A DNA stretch of 64,000 nt from a virus. Both the position numbers and the translations under genes were made by a program. Below, piece by piece: positions 1-11,200 of the stretch. Numbering within the stretch: position 1 is the first letter of the stretch; each line of letters opens with the position of its first letter. Location: IMG/VR virus record IMGVR_UViG_3300025652_000043, positions 19,042 through 83,041 of that record; one strand, 5' to 3'. The notes below the pieces were generated by a model. The model did no database searches. It worked only from the letters and a program-made list of their open reading frames with translations, and was not told where the DNA came from.

Positions 1-3000
1 GTAAATGGTATAACTTATGAAAAAGCCTTAGAGCTTAGAGATATGTTATTAGACAACAGTGATGTTGCATTAAACATAGCTGAAGCTGAAGATGCATATG
101 GAATGGTTAGAGGATTAGTTGCCTTAGAAACTACTAATGGATTAATTGATTATCCAAGTTCAGGAGGAAATAAAAAATATAAAAGTTTTTTAACTAAACT
201 TCTTGAAGACAAGTTAAAGGTTATTCAAAACACTTCTAAAGATGTCCCAACTGCCAGAGGAATTTCAATTAAAAATAATGATGGTACTTTTAAAGTTGAA
301 GTTAAACCTTATGTAGACTTCTTAAAAACTAGACTTTCTACTAATATTATGAGTTATAATATGGGTACAGAAGAAAATTGGGCTTCTACCCATAATATTC
401 AACCTATTATTAAAATTAATCCTGTTAGGTCTGAAGAGGTAAAATCTATACAAGAGAATCAACAAGTTGTAAATGAAACTCCTACAGAAACTAAAGTAGA
501 GGACATTAAAGAGGATGTTGCAAAAGCAAGAGAACTAGAACAGCTTAAGGAATTAGACAAGGAAAAAGACTCTTTCTTAGCAAGTATCAATGCTTTAAAT
601 GAGACTACCCCAAGTACAGATGAACTTTCAGATGAAAGTTTACCTGAAATGGATGATGTTACTTTAATAAGAGACTCTCTTAAAACTATAGGGGATCTTG
701 CTGCTAAAGACCAAAGAGATATTATACAGTTTCTTAGAGATTCTCTTTCATTAGTTGTAGGAGTGTCTAAAAAAGATTATAAAAGAGCTGCAAATAAGTT
801 TTTTAAAGATACTTATGTTCCTACACTTGAAAAATGTAAAGAATATATTGAAAAGTATGAAGGTTTTCATAAAACTTTTCCTGATGATAAAGGTGTACAA
901 GCTACTTTATCTACCTTAAGGTCTCAAGAAATAAATTTTGAAAATATTCTAAAGAATGAAGAGGCATTTTTTGATAAAGCTTATGAAGAAGGATTAAAAA
1001 AAGGTAATATTAAAGATTTAGAGGACACTGATGACACTATTAAAAAGGAAGACTTAGACCATAATGAAGAGGAGTCTTTAACTAGAAATTTCTATAGAAG
1101 TTCTAATGAAGATATACATAAAGAAAAAATAGGAGCTAAATTAAAAAGAGTTTTTACAGGAATACCTACAGGTGAAAAAGGTTTTATGGGTACACCTTTA
1201 TATGAAGATTTTGATATGATTTACAATTTCATAGCTACTTATATCTCTAGTCCATTGCCTACTGATCCATCTTTTAATGAAATGGTTAAAAGACTTAAAC
1301 TTATTGAAGCAAAAGTGCCATGGATGAAAGAAGTTATAAAAAGGTTAGAAGAGTCTCCACAAGATACTAAAGCTAGTTTTGTTAGTAATATGTATAAATA
1401 CTCTGCTAATGCAAAATTTGTAATGTTCAATAAAAACAAAGAAAAAGGTATTGAGTCTTCTTTATGGTTTAGTAATAGAAACAATCATATAAGAAAAATC
1501 AAAGAAAGTTGGAATGAAAATTTTAAAAGAAGTAAAATAGTTAAAGGCAATGTACTTGATAAGAAAATATTAAGGGGTTTAGCAGAGCAATATGAATCTT
1601 GGAATCCACAAAATAAACATTCTGAATCTGATGAGGTATTAAAAGATTGGTTAGCTGCATTTGGATTAGAGTTTTCAGATGGTACATGGGAAGACATAAA
1701 GCTTGGAAAACTAGTGTTAACTCATAAATCAGGTAGTAAGCCAATTAGTTTTGAGAACCTATTTAAACCTACATCAAAAGGTAGAAATTATCAATTATTT
1801 GATTCTTTATATAAATATGCTAGAGATAATTCTAAAAAAGAAGGAGATTTAGATTTTACTGAAAATGCAAAACTCTATCCTTTAGAAGACTTAAGCACAA
1901 CAATAAAAGGATTACTAGATTTAGAAGTGCTTTATAATACTTCTACAAAAAGTATTACAAGAAGAGATGGTGGAAAAACTGTTAGTGAACTGGTATATCC
2001 TAGTTTTTTCTTAGATACTATGAGAAATCTAATTAGTTCTGCAAATGATACTGAAGGTGGACATCAATATATTAAGGATTTGATGAATATACCTTTTAGT
2101 GAGAATTCAATGATACTTGAATTATTGCTTAAAAATAAAAACTTTAAAGATATCTTTTCTTATGGTGAAGTTGGATTAATGTCACTTAGAAATCAATATG
2201 AAAAACCTAATGACTATGCTAAAATAGAAGACTTATCTCCAATTGACTATGTATTTCATCAGATGGCTATGTTTCAAGACATGAAAAATGAAGAAATTTC
2301 AGCTACTAGAAAAGGTTTTAAAATGAGAGTGGGAACAGTATCTACTCCTACCAGTTCAGATAAAGGTAGAATGATGTTACTTAAAACTGCTGTATATGAT
2401 TTTTTCAAAACTGATTTAGCTTTTGAGGGAGATGATTTTAAGTTTACTAAAAGGCTTAAAGAAGTCTTATATGCAGATTTAATTGAACCAGAATTAAATA
2501 GAAAAGTTCAACATACTACTCAAGATGTTAAGAAATATAATATAGGTGCAATGAGGTTTAATAATATGCCTTCACTTAATTATATGGTTAATTCTGAAGG
2601 ACTTACTGTAGAGAAATTTTTTGAAAACATTGAAGTTCGTACTGAAAAAGGAGAAAATTTAAGTTCTGAAGAAATTAAAGCAGAATTTAAACTTCAATTT
2701 TTTACAGAAGCTACCAATATTCTTGAACAATCTATAAACTCAGAGGTAAATAGTGAATTAAAAGACATACAAGAATTTGAAGCCAGCAATGACATTAATT
2801 CAAGTAAAGACGGAATTAATAGTACAACTTATTTAAATAGAAAAGACCCATTAAATGAGAGTGACTCTGCTATGCAGAAGAAAAGAAGAGCAATGTTGGA
2901 TTATGTAATAAATTCTAACATAAGTAATATGAATATTATGCAAACTATTTCAGGTGACCCTGCAGTTTACTATAATTCTAAGGTTACACCTTCAATAAAA

Positions 3001-6000
3001 GAGACACATGATTTATCTTCTAAAGAATTAGGAGTGAATATGGGTAAGAGACTTGCACTTATGATTGCTCCTGGTGTTGCTTTATCTAATTCACATAATG
3101 AACAGTATATTCAAATAATGTTAAAAGATAATGATATAGTAGCTCCAAATATAGAGTTAATTGCAGGCTACCATTATGGAAAAAGTATACTTAAAAAAAC
3201 TTATGAGAAAGAAACTTATAAGGTAATTATGGATAAGATTGCTACTGGAGAATATAAAAATGATAGCCCTCAATATGAAGAAATAAAGAAAAAATTACCT
3301 AAAATAGCACCTTTTTTAAGTATTGAAAATACTGATGCACAGGAATATACAACTCTTGCAGAGCATTTAAGAGTACTTAAAGGTTTGGGTAGAATAAATA
3401 AAGAACAAGAAAAAAATATTTTAGATAACAAGGATAATTTATCTGAAGCTGATATGTCTTTAATTCTACAACCTATGAAACCTGTTTATACAGGGGAGAT
3501 TATAGAAAGAGATGAAAAAGGTAAAGTAATGTTTAAGAGAATGGTTTATATTAAATCATCTTCATTTCCTTTAATACCTGAATTAATTAATGGTACTCCT
3601 CTTGAAGGATTGATGAATACCATGAATGAGATTGAGAAAAAACAAACAAAATTTAATGGTGGTAAATATGTTGGAGTTAGAGCTTCCTATGGTAGTGCAA
3701 ATAAATTAGGCTCTACTGAAAGAGAAATAAATCCTACATCTGAAACTGATTTGGCTACACTACTTCAATCTAGAGAAGATGGTAAAGCACCTAAAAGAAG
3801 TGCTTTATTATTAAATAGATCAGGTTTTAAAATTCAACAAGATGTACCTAATAAATCAGCTAAAAATGGTAGTGACCAAGTATCTATGGGTACACAAATT
3901 TTTAAACTATTATTTGGTGATGGTCTTGCACAACATAGTACTAAAGAGTTTGATGGACCACAATTATTAGAAGACTTTCATAGAGCTTTTTCTAAGATGA
4001 TTAATATTAATAAAGATGCTCTTGTTGAAGAATTAGGTTTAGATGAAAATTATCAACCTAAAGATAAAGAGCAATATATGGAAAAGGTAAAAGCTTTACT
4101 TCTTAGAGAAGCTAAAGAAAGAAACTTTTCTGAAAATGATATGAAATCTTTTGACATTGACTCTAGAAAAAACTCTAAAACTGGAGAGACAATTTACTAT
4201 TTCAAACAACCTTTATGGTTGTCAGGCAATAGTAATAAGATTGAGGCAATGTTTAATGCTATTATAAACAATAAAATTTTTAAGCAAAAATTGCCAGGAA
4301 ATTCATTTGTAGTAGCATCTAATAATGGTATCACTTTACAAACTCAAGAAAATTTTGATAAAAAGAATAATAGTATAGTATACTTAGGAGATTATAAAGG
4401 TGGAGAATTACAAGGTAATGAAGTACTTGCACCATCTAGAATTAAACTTAATGGTACACTTATAGACCTTTTTGAGGTAAGTGAAAGTGGAAACTATAAA
4501 TATGTTATAAAAGATAAAGATGGTAGTTTTACTATAAATGAGAAAGCTATAGACCCTGCTTTATTTGAAAATTTTGTATTTAGAACTCCAACATCTTCAC
4601 ATGGTTCAGGTTCAGGTATTAAAATAGTAGGATTTATTCCTGCAGTATTAGGAGATTTAATGATTACTCCTAGTAATTTTGTAACTCAAATGGGTCAGGA
4701 TTTTGATGTAGATAAGCTTACTGCTTATCAGTATCATCATGTCTATAATGAGAAAACTAAAAGAATAGAAATCTTTAATAAAGGACATAAAGAAGCAAGA
4801 TTAAGAAGTTTTAGAAATAAGTTATCTGAAATTGATAATAAAATAAAAAAAGAAGATGAGCTTTCTAAAGAAGAAAAAGATTCTGTAAATAATTTTCTTA
4901 AAGCTTTACTTGCAGATTTTAAAAGTTTTGATAATGCTGAAGAAGCTATAACACAAGTAGATGAGGTAGTTGATAAAATATTAGAAGATGAAGAAATTAC
5001 TTTAGCAAAGAAAAGGGATTCTCTCTTAGAAAAATTAAGAACTATGCCTGCTAAACTTGATATGAAGTTAGCACAAAATATGTTTATAGGTATACATAAT
5101 AAAATTTACAATAGTACAGATCCTTTTATACAAGCTAAAATTAATAAAGTGCTTTCAATGGATACTGCAACTGAACAAGCAGAAAACATTGATAATAAAG
5201 TGAGTAGCTCTAAAATAGTTAACTTAACTTCTCCTAAATATCAAAGAGAAAAATTAATTTCAGGCTCTACTGGTAATTCTGCTATTGGAGTTTATGCTAA
5301 AGGAATGACTCTTAATTCTCTTATACAACAACAAAAAGAAGGAGATAAACTTGAAATTTTAAATGCAGAAGGAGAGAAAAAAGTAAGATTTATAGGAGAC
5401 TTAAAAACAGAAGGTGAATTTGGTTTACTTCAAAATTTAACTATTTCTCCTAAAAAAGAAAATGGAGAAAGAATTGAAGCTACAGAAGTTGAAAAATATT
5501 TTACCAGACCTTTAGTTGAATCTTTAGATGAAAGGGTGAACACTGCTACTGATAATGAAAAAGCTCAAATCTTAGGTAGAGTAGGTATTACTAATATCAA
5601 AAATGTTGCAGTAGATAATTTCTTAGCTTTACAAGGTATTGATGTTGAAGTAAGAGAATTAGATATAGATAAGGGTGAATATGAGGAAGCTAACCCTTTT
5701 CATAAAATAGGTTATTTGCCAGGCACTACTGAGCCTGTATATTATAGTGAACATTCTATTCCTTACTTATTACACTCTCAACCTATTATAAAAGAGTATT
5801 TTAAAAGGTTAAAGAATGGTAGAGCACAAGCAGGAAACTTAACTAAAGATTTAGAAAAAACTATACTTGCTGAATTAATGGGAGACTACAAGATTCAACC
5901 TAAATTCAGTGAAAATTTTACAGGTAAAAAACTTTTTAATAGTCTGTCTAATAATATAGATTCTGAATTTCAAAAAGAAGTTTTATTTCTATATGCAGAT

Positions 6001-8295
6001 TTAATGAAAGATGCAGATAAGGTTAAAGAAATTCAAAGTTCTATTGACTTATCTAACTTGGGTAAATCTATGTGGGAAGCTAAAGATAAAATAGAAAAAT
6101 TTAAAGATTTAGCAACTAATAAGGACTTCAAAAACTTAAGTAATCTTATAGGTGATTTTAATTATAAGGGTGAAGGGGTTTATTTAGGAGATATAAATAT
6201 AGGAGATGTTAAGAATACTAAAATAGAGGGTCTTTATTTTAAACCCACTACTAATCAAGGTATAATGGTTAGTACAGCAGTGTCTCTTGCCAGAAACTTA
6301 TTTTTAAATAACTTTTTTCCTTATTATGACTCTGCTATTGAGATAGCAATGCAAGATATTATTACTGTTTCTGGTAAAAAAGATACTCCTCAATTTAGAG
6401 AAGAAGTTTTTAATAATATAAAGCAATTTATAACCTCTTCAGATAGTAATGGAATATTCTTAGACACTACTAAAAATGTTAGAGAAGACTTATTATTTGA
6501 AAAAGATGGTCCATCTTTATCTACTTATGTAGCAGACACATTAGGAGTTACTGATAAAGAATATTCAAAAGGTATCAATTTACTTGGCAAAAATATTCTT
6601 ATTACTTCTTTTAGTTATGAGAAAGGAGTAAATGGTAAGCCTAGTTTAATAAAGTATGATAATACTGCTGCAGGTAATACTAATGAAGAAGATTTTCATG
6701 TAGCTATGAAAGAATTGCTAGTAAGTGATTCTCCTTTACCACCTAGAAATGGTAGACCTTATACTACTAGAATGTTAGCTCAAGATTTAGTGTCTTATTC
6801 TTATGTATCAGGTGGTATAATTAGTGAAGCTATACAATTTCATAAATTTATTCCTTTAGAGTATTTTGACCAAATTACTGTAAAACAAGTATATAAAGGT
6901 GGCAGAGTCATAGAAATGCCTGTAACTAAAAAAATGCAAGGTTATGATACTAGGATAATGAATTGGAGTGATATGGGCATTTTAGGTAATTTCACAACAC
7001 AATTTATCCAAAATAATCCTACTTTTTCAAGAGCATTATCTAAAGAAGATATAAAATCTTTAAACTATTTAGACAAGACTAAAAGAAGTTTTGAATATTT
7101 TGTTAAAGAGGGAGAAATTTTACCAGAATTTGTAAGGTTATCTGGTAACAGTAGAGCTAAAAACAAACAAGGAAAAACAAGTCTTTATAAATTAGTTTTT
7201 GGAAATACTTATGAGCAAATAGATGTATTAGGTGAATTTGGAATGACTGAATATAGTGCAAAAGAGTCTGATCTAAAAACATCAATAGGAGTGGCTACCC
7301 CTAGAAAAGTATTTACTAAAAAGAATGGAGGATTTACTTATACTCAACCTAAGACTGCACCTTTTGAAGCAAATACAGGAGATAGTGTACTTACATTACT
7401 TAAAAAAGTAAAAGCAGATAATGCATCTTCTAATCCTAATTTATCTGAAATAGCCTCTACTTTAATAGACTTATTTGGAGATAAGGCAATGGAACTTCAA
7501 ATAAAAGTTGAGGAGGATTTAGGACCTGCAGGAGTTTATAGCCCATCTAATAATACTATAACACTCAAAAAAGGTTCTAAAAACTTGGGAGAAACTTTTG
7601 TACATGAATTTATACATGGAGTAACTTCAAAATACCTTAATCCTTATATAAATCACACTACAGGGCAATTAAAAACTGATATTGAAATTCCTAAAGATAT
7701 TCAAGAGATAAATAGTGTTTTTCTTGAGACTAGAAATTATATTATAGATACCTATAAAGAGGAATATGATAATTTTATGTTCAAATGGGAGACTTATAAA
7801 GATGCAAAAAAGAATAAAGAAGCTTCTGGTGTTATTTTTACTCCGAGAGAGAGAAATTTATTCTATTCTACTGTAAATTTAAAAGAGTATCTTGCAATAT
7901 CATTAGGAAATAATCAACTTTTATTAGAGGAAACTTCAAAAGTACCTTATAAATCTACTAAGATTACATTGTCAGAGAAATTGATGAAAGTCTTAAATAG
8001 AATATTTGAAAGTATGGCAGGAAAAGAGAATAGTTTAGCTGAACAAATTATAGGTAAAAATCTTGATTTTATTCAAAAAAGAGCTAATACTTTAGAAAAA
8101 TCTTCTGAGAAACTTCCATCTGAATTAGATATACAAAGGGATTTAGGTTCTTCTCCAAATTTAGATAACTATTATAATGGAAATGCTCCTCCTCTTGACC
8201 AATATGGAGACTTATTTGGTAATGACCAAGATATTTCTTTTGAAAAATTAGTAGAAACAGTAATGTTACCTCTAGGAACAAAACCTTGTAAATAA
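1..8295 (+). CDS. Virion-packaged DNA-dependent RNA polymerase (crAss-like two-barrel vRNAP) with C-terminal zincin-like domain; 5'-truncated
   Basis: Frame is open from position 1, so it likely starts upstream of the window. Catalytic loop MGQDFDVDKL (4699-4713) preceded by FRTPTSSHGS; HEFIH at 7603-7617; >2750 aa; position after the structural block as in crAss-like phages. Confidence 0.88.
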   Translation, partial: VNGITYEKALELRDMLLDNSDVALNIAEAEDAYGMVRGLVALETTNGLIDYPSSGGNKKYKSFLTKLLEDKLKVIQNTSKDVPTARGISIKNNDGTFKVEVKPYVDFLKTRLSTNIMSYNMGTEENWASTHNIQPIIKINPVRSEEVKSIQENQQVVNETPTETKVEDIKEDVAKARELEQLKELDKEKDSFLASINALNETTPSTDELSDESLPEMDDVTLIRDSLKTIGDLAAKDQRDIIQFLRDSLSLVVGVSKKDYKRAANKFFKDTYVPTLEKCKEYIEKYEGFHKTFPDDKGVQATLSTLRSQEINFENILKNEEAFFDKAYEEGLKKGNIKDLEDTDDTIKKEDLDHNEEESLTRNFYRSSNEDIHKEKIGAKLKRVFTGIPTGEKGFMGTPLYEDFDMIYNFIATYISSPLPTDPSFNEMVKRLKLIEAKVPWMKEVIKRLEESPQDTKASFVSNMYKYSANAKFVMFNKNKEKGIESSLWFSNRNNHIRKIKESWNENFKRSKIVKGNVLDKKILRGLAEQYESWNPQNKHSESDEVLKDWLAAFGLEFSDGTWEDIKLGKLVLTHKSGSKPISFENLFKPTSKGRNYQLFDSLYKYARDNSKKEGDLDFTENAKLYPLEDLSTTIKGLLDLEVLYNTSTKSITRRDGGKTVSELVYPSFFLDTMRNLISSANDTEGGHQYIKDLMNIPFSENSMILELLLKNKNFKDIFSYGEVGLMSLRNQYEKPNDYAKIEDLSPIDYVFHQMAMFQDMKNEEISATRKGFKMRVGTVSTPTSSDKGRMMLLKTAVYDFFKTDLAFEGDDFKFTKRLKEVLYADLIEPELNRKVQHTTQDVKKYNIGAMRFNNMPSLNYMVNSEGLTVEKFFENIEVRTEKGENLSSEEIKAEFKLQFFTEATNILEQSINSEVNSELKDIQEFEASNDINSSKDGINSTTYLNRKDPLNESDSAMQKKRRAMLDYVINSNISNMNIMQTISGDPAVYYNSKVTPSIKETHDLSSKELGVNMGKRLALMIAPGVALSNSHNEQYIQIMLKDNDIVAPNIELIAGYHYGKSILKKTYEKETYKVIMDKIATGEYKNDSPQYEEIKKKLPKIAPFLSIENTDAQEYTTLAEHLRVLKGLGRINKEQEKNILDNKDNLSEADMSLILQPMKPVYTGEIIERDEKGKVMFKRMVYIKSSSFPLIPELINGTPLEGLMNTMNEIEKKQTKFNGGKYVGVRASYGSANKLGSTEREINPTSETDLATLLQSREDGKAPKRSALLLNRSGFKIQQDVPNKSAKNGSDQVSMGTQIFKLLFGDGLAQHSTKEFDGPQLLEDFHRAFSKMININKDALVEELGLDENYQPKDKEQYMEKVKALLLREAKERNFSENDMKSFDIDSRKNSKTGETIYYFKQPLWLSGNSNKIEAMFNAIINNKIFKQKLPGNSFVVASNNGITLQTQENFDKKNNSIVYLGDYKGGELQGNEVLAPSRIKLNGTLIDLFEVSESGNYKYVIKDKDGSFTINEKAIDPALFENFVFRTPTSSHGSGSGIKIVGFIPAVLGDLMITPSNFVTQMGQDFDVDKLTAYQYHHVYNEKTKRIEIFNKGHKEARLRSFRNKLSEIDNKIKKEDELSKEEKDSVNNFLKALLADFKSFDNAEEAITQVDEVVDKILEDEEITLAKKRDSLLEKLRTMPAKLDMKLAQNMFIGIHNKIYNSTDPFIQAKINKVLSMDTATEQAENIDNKVSSSKIVNLTSPKYQREKLISGSTGNSAIGVYAKGMTLNSLIQQQKEGDKLEILNAEGEKKVRFIGDLKTEGEFGLLQNLTISPKKENGERIEATEVEKYFTRPLVESLDERVNTATDNEKAQILGRVGITNIKNVAVDNFLALQGIDVEVRELDIDKGEYEEANPFHKIGYLPGTTEPVYYSEHSIPYLLHSQPIIKEYFKRLKNGRAQAGNLTKDLEKTILAELMGDYKIQPKFSENFTGKKLFNSLSNNIDSEFQKEVLFLYADLMKDADKVKEIQSSIDLSNLGKSMWEAKDKIEKFKDLATNKDFKNLSNLIGDFNYKGEGVYLGDINIGDVKNTKIEGLYFKPTTNQGIMVSTAVSLARNLFLNNFFPYYDSAIEIAMQDIITVSGKKDTPQFREEVFNNIKQFITSSDSNGIFLDTTKNVREDLLFEKDGPSLSTYVADTLGVTDKEYSKGINLLGKNILITSFSYEKGVNGKPSLIKYDNTAAGNTNEEDFHVAMKELLVSDSPLPPRNGRPYTTRMLAQDLVSYSYVSGGIISEAIQFHKFIPLEYFDQITVKQVYKGGRVIEMPVTKKMQGYDTRIMNWSDMGILGNFTTQFIQNNPTFSRALSKEDIKSLNYLDKTKRSFEYFVKEGEILPEFVRLSGNSRAKNKQGKTSLYKLVFGNTYEQIDVLGEFGMTEYSAKESDLKTSIGVATPRKVFTKKNGGFTYTQPKTAPFEANTGDSVLTLLKKVKADNASSNPNLSEIASTLIDLFGDKAMELQIKVEEDLGPAGVYSPSNNTITLKKGSKNLGETFVHEFIHGVTSKYLNPYINHTTGQLKTDIEIPKDIQEINSVFLETRNYIIDTYKEEYDNFMFKWETYKDAKKNKEASGVIFTPRERNLFYSTVNLKEYLAISLGNNQLLLEETSKVPYKSTKITLSEKLMKVLNRIFESMAGKENSLAEQIIGKNLDFIQKRANTLEKSSEKLPSELDIQRDLGSSPNLDNYYNGNAPPLDQYGDLFGNDQDISFEKLVETVMLPLGTKPCK

Positions 8296-11200
8296 TGGAT
8301 TGTAAAATAAAATTTAGAAAAGAAGCAGAAAAAGAAGCCTTTGACATTGCAAAATCTAATGGAAAAATAGGTAGTGCAAAAACAAAAGGTCTTCTTGTAT
8401 TTTATCCTGTAAATAAGGAAGGAAAAGTAACTAAAGGTAAAAGTGCAGGGGAAATTGCTAAAAGAAAAGTAAAAGAAATTAATGCACATTTTCAATCTGC
8501 AAGATTTGGAGCTAGTGTAACACTTAATAATGGATTTAATGATGGTGTTGGAATAGATATTAAAATTTCTGAAGCTTATTTAGACTATTTAGTAGCTCAA
8601 AACGAAAAGGCTATTGATATGACTCTTTCAAGAGAAATACAAATTGAAGATGCAAAAAGGGCTGGTATTGAATATGATAATAGATATTTATTTGATGAAA
8701 ATTTACCTGGCAATCAACCTCCAAGTAATACCAATTCTCCTCTTACTCAAAAAGGTATGGAATTTGGAGAATACTATAATAGAAGATTAAAAGCTAAAAA
8801 CTTTATTGAACAAAGAGCTAAAGTTCTTAAAGAGATGAAGGGAAGTCAAAGTCTTCAAAAGAAAAGAGAAATAAAATTTTTTAATGACTTAAAAGATAAA
8901 GAGGAAAATTTATTAAAAAGAATATCAGGAGATATAGCTTCACTTAATACTGGGTCTTATGTCTTAGATAATTTTTTTACTTATTTTAATAGTGATATTA
9001 GTACTATTAATGATATGCTTAATCAAAATCCTAGCCTTGAAAATTTGATGGCTGCTGAAGAGTATATGAAAACTTTAAGATGGGTGTTTAGTGCAGACAT
9101 ATTAGATAGTCCTTTCTTTGCTTATGGTATTGATAAACTAGAAGGAAGTACATTACAAAAATTTAATACGGCATTAAATAGTTTTAAAAAACTTGATAAT
9201 AAATATGTTCAGAAGACCAATAGTATGGCTATGAAAGTATTTAAAGAAGCAGATGAAAATGCAACAGATTTATCTGAAAAAGAAGAGGTACAAAAATTAA
9301 TAGACCTTGTACATAACAGTGAGATAAGTATATTAGAAGAGTATTTTTTACCTTTAGATGGGGATGGCTCTAAAGAAGACACTATTAGAGCTTTAGTTAG
9401 AAAAATATTTGATGACTCTATTTCAAAACAAGAAATAAGCTATCTACAAGATAGGATACTTAATCATAAAGAAAGTTTAGAAAGAGAACTCCCAGTTAAA
9501 AAAAGATCAGGTTTTGGTTTATTATCTACTACATTTGACTATTCAATTTTAAAAAAAACAGCTAAAGATGGTGCTTCAAGACTAATAAGTAAATATTCTT
9601 CTGTTTGGAATGGAGTATTAAAGAATTATAACTATAAAATAAATAGTATAAATTTAAAACTCTCTAAACCAAATAAGACTAGAACTGATTATATAACTAT
9701 AGACAAAATTAGAAAATCTCTTTTTAGAGAATTAAAGAATAATGGAGCTGCATTTATAGCTATAGAATCTTTACCTGAAATGCAAGATTCTGACATGTTG
9801 GAGTCTTTTGAAAGAATAGAAACTTTATTTGCAATACCTAAAGATAACCTTAGAGGGAGATTAGAAGACACTAAAAAAGCTGAAGAATATAAAGAGAGAG
9901 TTATAAAACAACTCCAAGGTAAACATGGTACAAGATTAGTTGCAGAAAGAGAGTATAATAATCTTATAGCAGAGCAAAAAGATAAGATGCTTGATCTTGA
10001 GATTGATTTAGAAAAGGAACTCAATACTGCTCTTGAAAAGGAAGCTAAAAATGTATATTCTGAACTATCAATAGAGAAAAAACAAGAACTAGCAAATTCT
10101 TATCTAAGCAAATCACCATTCTTTCTTTCAAAAAACTTAAAAGAAAAAGGCAATTCTACTATAACTATTCCTCAATATGACCAATCAACTTTAGAGGTAT
10201 CACATTCCTTAGAATATACTACTTTTATACCCTCAAAAGACAATCATTTTGATAAAGATTTCTCTGATAATATTGAATCTAATCCTGTAATTTTAGAAGC
10301 CTGGGAAAATTTTAGTTCTGCACTAAAATATATCAATTCTAATAGAAAGTATATGGACAATAATAAGAATAGAGATACTCTTGATTATATTGATTCATTA
10401 ATTGATACTGCAAAAGAACATAACTTAGAGATAATGGCAAATGCAAGTGCCATAAAAAGGGCACTTAGACCTACTAAAAAATTCTTATATGATGCTTCAA
10501 GTGCTATTACTGAAGCTTTAGGATTAAGAGCACATTTAACTGGTACAACTCAATCTTTAAGAACTGTTTTAACTTCTGTAGATGAGAGAATAAGAGAAAT
10601 TGCACAAGGTTCATATTCATTATTAACTGCAAATGAGATTAAACTCATGAGCAAATATAAAAATGGAATTTTATCAGACAAGGCATTTGAAATACTTCAA
10701 GAACAATTAGGAGTGACTTCAAATAGAATAGACCCTAATACTACTTTAAAAAGACATATTCAAGATATTATAAGAGAAAGAGTCTATAAAAGTCAAGACA
10801 GTAATATGACTAAAGACCTTATAGCTCAACTTGGTATAGTACAAGAGTTTAAAGCTAAAAAAGAAGTTGAGACTAAACTTAAATTTTTAAGGGGATTAAT
10901 TCAAAAAATTAAAGTAGGGTCTAGTATAACTGAAAAATCAAATGTTGCTGAACTTGTTGAAAATTTTATAAATACCCATTTATATGGACATTCTAGAAGA
11001 CCTACAGACAAACTAAAATTATATAAAAGCTATACTGGAGAAGACAAAATGTATATTGAAGCCACTAGAAAGGCTATAGAAGACTTAGAGGAAGTTTTAG
11101 AAATGACTCAAAATGAGTCAGCTAGAAGAAAAATTGAAGCTGATATTAAATCTCTTCAAAAAAATATTGACAATAAGGGACATTTAGTTACAGGACAAAG

